A stretch of 64,000 bases of DNA from Mobula hypostoma (lineage: Eukaryota), in NCBI RefSeq assembly GCF_963921235.1, contig NC_086107.1, positions 105,464,001-105,528,000 of the forward strand, written 5' to 3'. This document shows, one piece after another, positions 62,510 through 64,000 of this stretch (the first letter of the stretch is position 1; each line of letters opens with the position of its first letter). Under the pieces are notes generated by a model that was not told the DNA's origin, did not search any database, and saw nothing but the letters and a program-made list of their open reading frames with translations. A program made the position numbers and the translations under genes.

Positions 62510-63005
62510 TCATAGAACACTACAGCACATGCCCTGCAGCCCTTCTAGACCGTGCCGAGCTATTAATTTGCCTAGTTTCATTGACTTGCATCTGAACCAT
62601 AGTCCTCCATACCCCTCCCATCCATGTGACTATCCAAATTTATCTTAACTGTTGAAATCGAACCCGCATCCACCGCTTCCACTGGCAGCTCGTTCCAAGT
62701 TCTCACCACCCTCTGAGTGAAGAAGTTCCCCCTCATGTTTCCCTTCGACATTTCACCTTTCACCCTTAACCCATGACCTCTAGTTCTAGTCTCACTCATT
62801 CTCAGTAGAAAAAGCCTGCTTGCAAATACTCTATAAAGTCCCTCATAATTTGATATACCGCTAGCAAATCGCCCCCTCGTTCTCCAGTGCTCTAGGGAAT
62901 GAAGTCCGAACCCACTCAATCTTTCCTGATAACAGGTTCTCAAATCCCGGCAACATCCTTGTAAATATTCTCTGCACTCTTTCAATCTTATTAATATCTT
63001 TCCTG
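62510..63005 (-). mobile_element. CR1 LINE 3' fragment
   Basis: [34 protein letters not shown]. Confidence 0.8.
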
Positions 63006-64000
63006 TTTTTGTTTTAGATGCTTTTGGAGTTAAGTTGCCCATTTTAGATAAAGACCGCAAACAATCTTTTTTAGTGATAGGAAATGTATTTATGTATCGA
63101 GGCAATGAGCCTGTGAGGAAAAACAACTGTGTGTGTTCTTTATTTTTCTGTGATGTCCCATGAGACTCAGGCTGATCTATATATACCATCAGAGGAGGCA
63201 GGATTGGTACACTGTGTGCTGTATGAGCAGGAATGGTTCAAACCTTGTTTATACGATTCATACTTGTGGCCGTGTAGAATGTTTTTAATTAAATCTCATC
63301 ACTGGCAAAATTAGTTCTTTAGAATGTTGTCAGAATCAATTGCTTTTCTGGGAATCATTTCCAAAGTTGATTCACATTTGGATACAGAGTGACAGTGAGT
63401 GGGCAGGGAGATGATTTATTTTCTTGCGTGGGACTGCTTGTTACCAGGATGCCTAACCGTCTGAATTTTACGATCCTGCCCTCCCTCCCCAACTCCCAAA
63501 GACCATGAGAGGGGCTTTTCAGGCTCAGTAAAAGGCTTTGCCACAAGGTGTCACGGCAGCATAGCGGTTAGAGGGACGCATCGCGGCTTGGGGTGTCGGA
63601 GTTCAATCTCAATGTCCTCTGTAAGGAGTCTACGTCCTCCCTGTGGAATACGTGTGTTTTCTATGGGTGCTTCCGTTTCATCCCACATTCCAAAGACGTT
63701 TGGTCATTTTTACTGTTACTGCCATGTGTCGTGAAGTTTATTATCTTTGCTGCAGCCGTACAATACATTATATTAATGTTTTAATATTATATACATACTG
63801 TTATTCAGTTTTTTCCCTATTATGTATTGCATTGTACTGCTGCCTCAGAGGCAACAAATTCATGACATATGCTGGTGTTGATAAACCTGATTCTGTTAGT
63901 GGGTTAATTGGTCATTGTAAATTGTCCTGTGATTAGGCTAGGGTTAAATTGGAGGATTGCTGGCTGTGTGGCTTGAAGGGCCAAAAGGGCCTATTCCGTG

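Noticed and set aside
58514..64000. ddx47 terminal coding exon
   Set aside because: No acceptor followed by the expected basic, Lys/Arg-rich C-terminal peptide was found; it is presumed to lie beyond the window.

Overview
Repeat-dense vertebrate genomic DNA. The repeat content (V-SINE-type tRNA SINEs, CR1, Rex/Babar, Penelope-like, Tx1, Nimb) suggests a cartilaginous fish, probably a ray; this is an inference. One host gene is clear: the DEAD-box RNA helicase ddx47 on the + strand. Coding exons 1-11 span 24727-58513 (1245 nt, 415 codons, all GT-AG), and the last exon was not found in the window. A second CpG-rich promoter-like island with a minus-strand splice donor lies at about 5.35-5.96 kb. 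The rest is nested, mostly decayed transposable elements and a 2.1-kb 45-bp minisatellite. Best observations: (1) a Penelope-like family carrying minimal hammerhead ribozyme motifs, found as many short fold-back insertions with 11-15 bp target-site duplications and as one near-perfect ~950-bp palindrome in ddx47 intron 5; (2) a TA-flanked TIR element that has captured the ITS2/28S rDNA junction; (3) a minisatellite expanded at the ORF1/ORF2 junction of a Nimb-like LINE; (4) a candidate in-frame 36-nt cassette exon in ddx47 intron 11. No CRISPR or other prokaryotic system is supported. Family names come from motif recognition, not database searches.
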